In this document: positions 60,561 through 64,000 of the stretch, one piece after another | Layout: each line of letters begins with the position of its first letter | Position numbering within the stretch: position 1 is the first letter of the stretch | DNA from: Lama glama | Taxonomy: Eukaryota | NCBI GenBank assembly: GCA_028534125.1 | Contig: CM052831.1 | Span: 25,048,001 to 25,112,000, forward strand | Direction: 5' to 3' | Length of the DNA stretch: 64,000 bases | Translations under genes and position numbers: made by a program | Notes under the pieces: generated by a model | The model's input: the letters and a program-made list of their open reading frames with translations, nothing else | Told to the model about the DNA's origin: nothing | Database searches by the model: none

Positions 60561-63424
60561 TCTGCCAAGTGTCGCACACACTCTAGACTTGCAGCCCCCA
60601 CCAGGAACCCTGGTGCCTTGGGGTGGGCTGTGCAGCCTCCTTGGGCTCTGAAGTGGGTGGGGAAATCTAATGAGGGCAGAGGGACACTGTCCAGGTTATA
60701 CCTTTTTCTGGTAGCCTGGCCACTTTGCCAACATTTAAGAAGGGACTCTAAAACATCCCCCCTCCACCATGAATCAATTTTGGAAAACCTTCCAAGTACA
60801 ACATCATTCCCCACTGTGTCCCTCAATTTTCCCCTCCAGAGGGGACAGCCTCGTGCCCTGTCCGTGCTGCACAGGAGAAATCAGAGCGTGTGGGAGGGCA
60901 GGACTCACCGACCTCCCTCCTGGCGGGAAGGCAGGCAGCCTTTCCATTAGGACAGGAGCACTTAGAAATCTGGGCCACTTCAGAAACCTGCCGGCAAGAA
61001 CCAGCAGCTGTTTCAGAGGCCTGCTCAGAGTACCGACTTAACCCACCAGCCTAAGAATAGCTTAGTCCTTTTCCCCATGAGAAATAAGGGTGAAGAATCA
61101 TTCATTTGGCAAATGATGATCAGGTGTCCCATCCCTGGGAGAAGACGGAAGTGACTCCAGTTGGAAATCAGAAGATACAGGACATGAGGTCTTGTCCCCC
61201 AGGAAGCTATTGGTGAAAATATTAACTAGAGTTTGAGTGCTTGAATTTCCAGAGTGAGTCCTTACATATCCTCTCATCCATCTTGCTGGTGAGAAACTGA
61301 GGCTCAAAGAGGCTGAGTGATTTGCCCTGATCTGGAGCCCTCAGGGGATCTCACCCAAGACGGGGAGCTGGAATCACAGTTCAGTTCCAAGTTTCACGCT
61401 CTTCCTCTGGGGACACGATGTGTACACACGTTTCCAGGGATGGAGGAAGGAGTGGCAGATGGCCAGAGGCAGTGGGAACGGAGGTCCAAAGTTCCAAACT
61501 GATCCTTGAGTGTGGAGGAAGGAGCCTACTGAGAACCCCACCATAGCAGCAAGGTGAAAATCTGTGGGCCCCCAGCACCTGGGAGGCAGGCACGGAGGGC
61601 AGGCGAGCAGAGAGCCTCAAATGTAGACTCTGGGCACTGTCTCCAAAACGGGAGAACAGGGAAGGATGGAATAACCAACCACTTCTCATGACTTTGTAAG
61701 TGGTCTTAATCTGTTCCCCAAAAGCCCTCATGGGGCTGGGGTGGGATGGGAAGATTTTAAAATCCTGAGGATGGTCCCAGCCCCAGAGATCCTGACTTCA
61801 TTGGTTGGGTGTAAGGTGTGGCCTGGGGCTGTCAGTCCTCTTGTGGGTGCTGGGGGCAGCCAAGGAGGCGAACCCCTGCTTCCGAGATCTCTAGGTTCAT
61901 AATCCTGTGTCAGTGTTTCTCCTCCTTCTCTCCTTATAAATTTATACAAGGAGCCTCAGGAGTTGTAGGCAGGACATGGAGTTAACATCTGACCACCAGA
62001 GGCCTACCCAGGGCTGGGTGAGGAGAGCCAGCCTAAGGGACCCTGTGTATGTGTATTTTGCGTGTGTTCATATTTAGGAATGACTTACCTATAGTAGAAC
62101 TGACCCTTTGAGGTTTACAGTTTTATGGCAGTTTTGACAGAGGTATATGATCAACCACAATCAAGATACAGAACAGCTCGATCATCACAAAATAGTCTCG
62201 AGGGACACTTCTGAATGTAGTTCTGGTGGCCTGATTGAGGGCAGAGGTTCAAAACCTTATCACCCCAATTCTCTGCCCCTCTCACAGTAGCGTGTCTCTG
62301 GTATCTTCTATTTCTGGTCCAGGCAACTTTCCTGCTAGCTGGAAGCAATTATTCCCCAACACTCCAGCTCTGCCTCATTAGAGCCTCTGTTGAAAAAAGC
62401 AGGTTGCTAATGTCACTTTTCTTGCTTCTCCTGAGACCAATTTTCCTGACCTGCCCAGCACCCACTGTCAATACCTCCTACGATCACTAAAGCCACTGCT
62501 GGTGGGGGGAAAAAATTCACCTGTTCCCCAAAGCCATCATGAGCACTTTCCTCACACAGCTGTTCCCAGCTCCTGAGACATTATTTAATTGGTTTGGAGG
62601 TCACAGGATCCTCTTCCAATTAGGGTCCTGTCACAGCAGCTGCCATCTGCACCGGGGACAATCCAGACCCAGCTTTGGAGGACAAACAGTCATCCGCTCT
62701 TTGAAGCAGAATCAGTTCCTTAGCAGCTGTCTGGTTCCTTTCCAAAGGCAGGCTGCCCTGGAGGCTGGAGATCATCTTTACCTCCACGTCAATTACTGGG
62801 GAATCAGGATGGAATGAACAGAACAAGAATTCCCAACTCTGCCCCTTTCCCTTTTCCGGAGCATAAGGATAGAACAGGGTTTCCAGATGGAAGGGACCTT
62901 CGAGATCTTATCTTTCAGATTTTATGGAAGGAGAGGTGTCCTGGCAGCAAGTCAACTCCACCATCCCTTTCCCTATGATGCTCATGCCACAAGAACTCTG
63001 ACCTCAGTGTCCAGGCCAGGATGGGCCCAAGGACAAGCTGAGTGGCAGGAACATGATGAACAGGGAGCAGTGCCTGTGTGGAAGTGTATTTAACAAAGTC
63101 TTCCCAGGTAAGGAGGACTTGTGAAAAAATGAGAGGCCAGACTGGGACTTAGGTTACATGGTGAAGTCAATGAAACTGCAGCTCAAATGATTCCTCCTCC
63201 ACAAGTCACTCCTTTATTAGTTTAAAGTAATGTCCCCGTGTTCCCAGGACCCTGCAGATTGGCCCTCCCCTGGGCCTTGGAGTGACTTCAGTTCAGGCAA
63301 AGCCTCCCAGACAGACCAGGGCTGGAGCCCTTCAAAGGGAGCTGGGAGGCTTGTCTGGGTCTCTACTCCTCTCCCAATGGACTTGATGTTTCATTTCGTT
63401 TTGTTTGGTGGAGATATATATATG

Positions 63425-64000
63425 ACTTTACCTTTTTTAGAGCAGTTTTAGGTTCACAGAAAAATTGATGGGAAAGATGCAAAGATTTCCCATATACCCT
63501 CTGCCCTACTCACACATNNNNNNNNNNNNNNNNNNNNNNNNNNNNNNNNNNNNNNNNNNNNNNNNNNNNNNNNNNNNNNNNNNNNNNNNNNNNNNNNNNN
63601 NNNNNNNNNNNNNNNNNNNNNNNNNNNNNNNNNNNNNNNNNNNNNNNNNNNNNNNNNNNNNNNNNNNNNNNNNNNNNNNNNNNNNNNNNCAGAATCATAC
63701 AACATAGCTTCACTGCTCTAAATATCCCTGCCATCCCCCCAAATCCTAGCAACCACTGATCTTTTGATTGTCTCCATTGTTTTGCCTTTTCCAAAATGCG
63801 ATATAGCTGGAACCCTATAGCATGAAGCATTTTCAAATCGGCTTCTCTCACTTAGTAAAATGCACTTAAGTTTCCTCCATGTCTTTTCATAGCTTGAGAG
63901 CTCATTTCTTTTTAGCACTGAATAATCATCCACTGTCTGGATGGACTACAGTTTATTTATCCGTTTGCCTACTAACTAGAGACACCTTGGTTGCTTCTAA
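63425..64000 (-). mobile_element. L1MC1-like 3' region running off the window edge
   Basis: 'ttagagcagttttaggttcacagaaaaattga...gcaaccactgatcttttgattgtctccattgttttgccttttcca...cttctctcacttagtaa'. Confidence 0.88.

Noticed and set aside
60318-60950. 210-aa ORF
   Set aside because: The first part lies in an MLT1 LTR and the rest has no recognisable homology.

Overview
Mammalian nuclear DNA, almost certainly from a camelid (Camelus, Vicugna or Lama), judged from a Vic-1-type tRNA-derived SINE with an 11-bp target-site duplication (TSD) and camelid-style L1 3' ends. The left 13.5 kb holds the 5' end of LARS2 (mitochondrial leucyl-tRNA synthetase) on the minus strand: a CpG-rich promoter/first-exon region at about 12.9-13.7 kb, the first coding exon (CDS 11326-11559) and the next coding exon carrying the class-I HIGH motif as HMGH (6260-6388). 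The gene continues off the left edge. The remaining ~50 kb is upstream intergenic DNA dominated by repeats (L1, L2, MIR, CR1/L3, MaLR/ERVL/ERV1 LTRs, hAT and Tigger elements). Six N-gaps all lie in or abut repeats. I found no other protein-coding gene and no convincing new multi-gene system. The best leads are a strong-Kozak uORF in the LARS2 leader, a CpG-retaining solo LTR rich in OCT/SOX, CCAAT and GC-box motifs (~33.5-34.05 kb), a perfect 22-bp palindrome beside a perfect AGGTCA DR6 (~58.95 kb), and a ~191-bp tandem duplication in which only one copy has an AP-1 site. Repeat subfamily names come from visual recall of consensus sequences, and boundaries are approximate unless TSDs are quoted.
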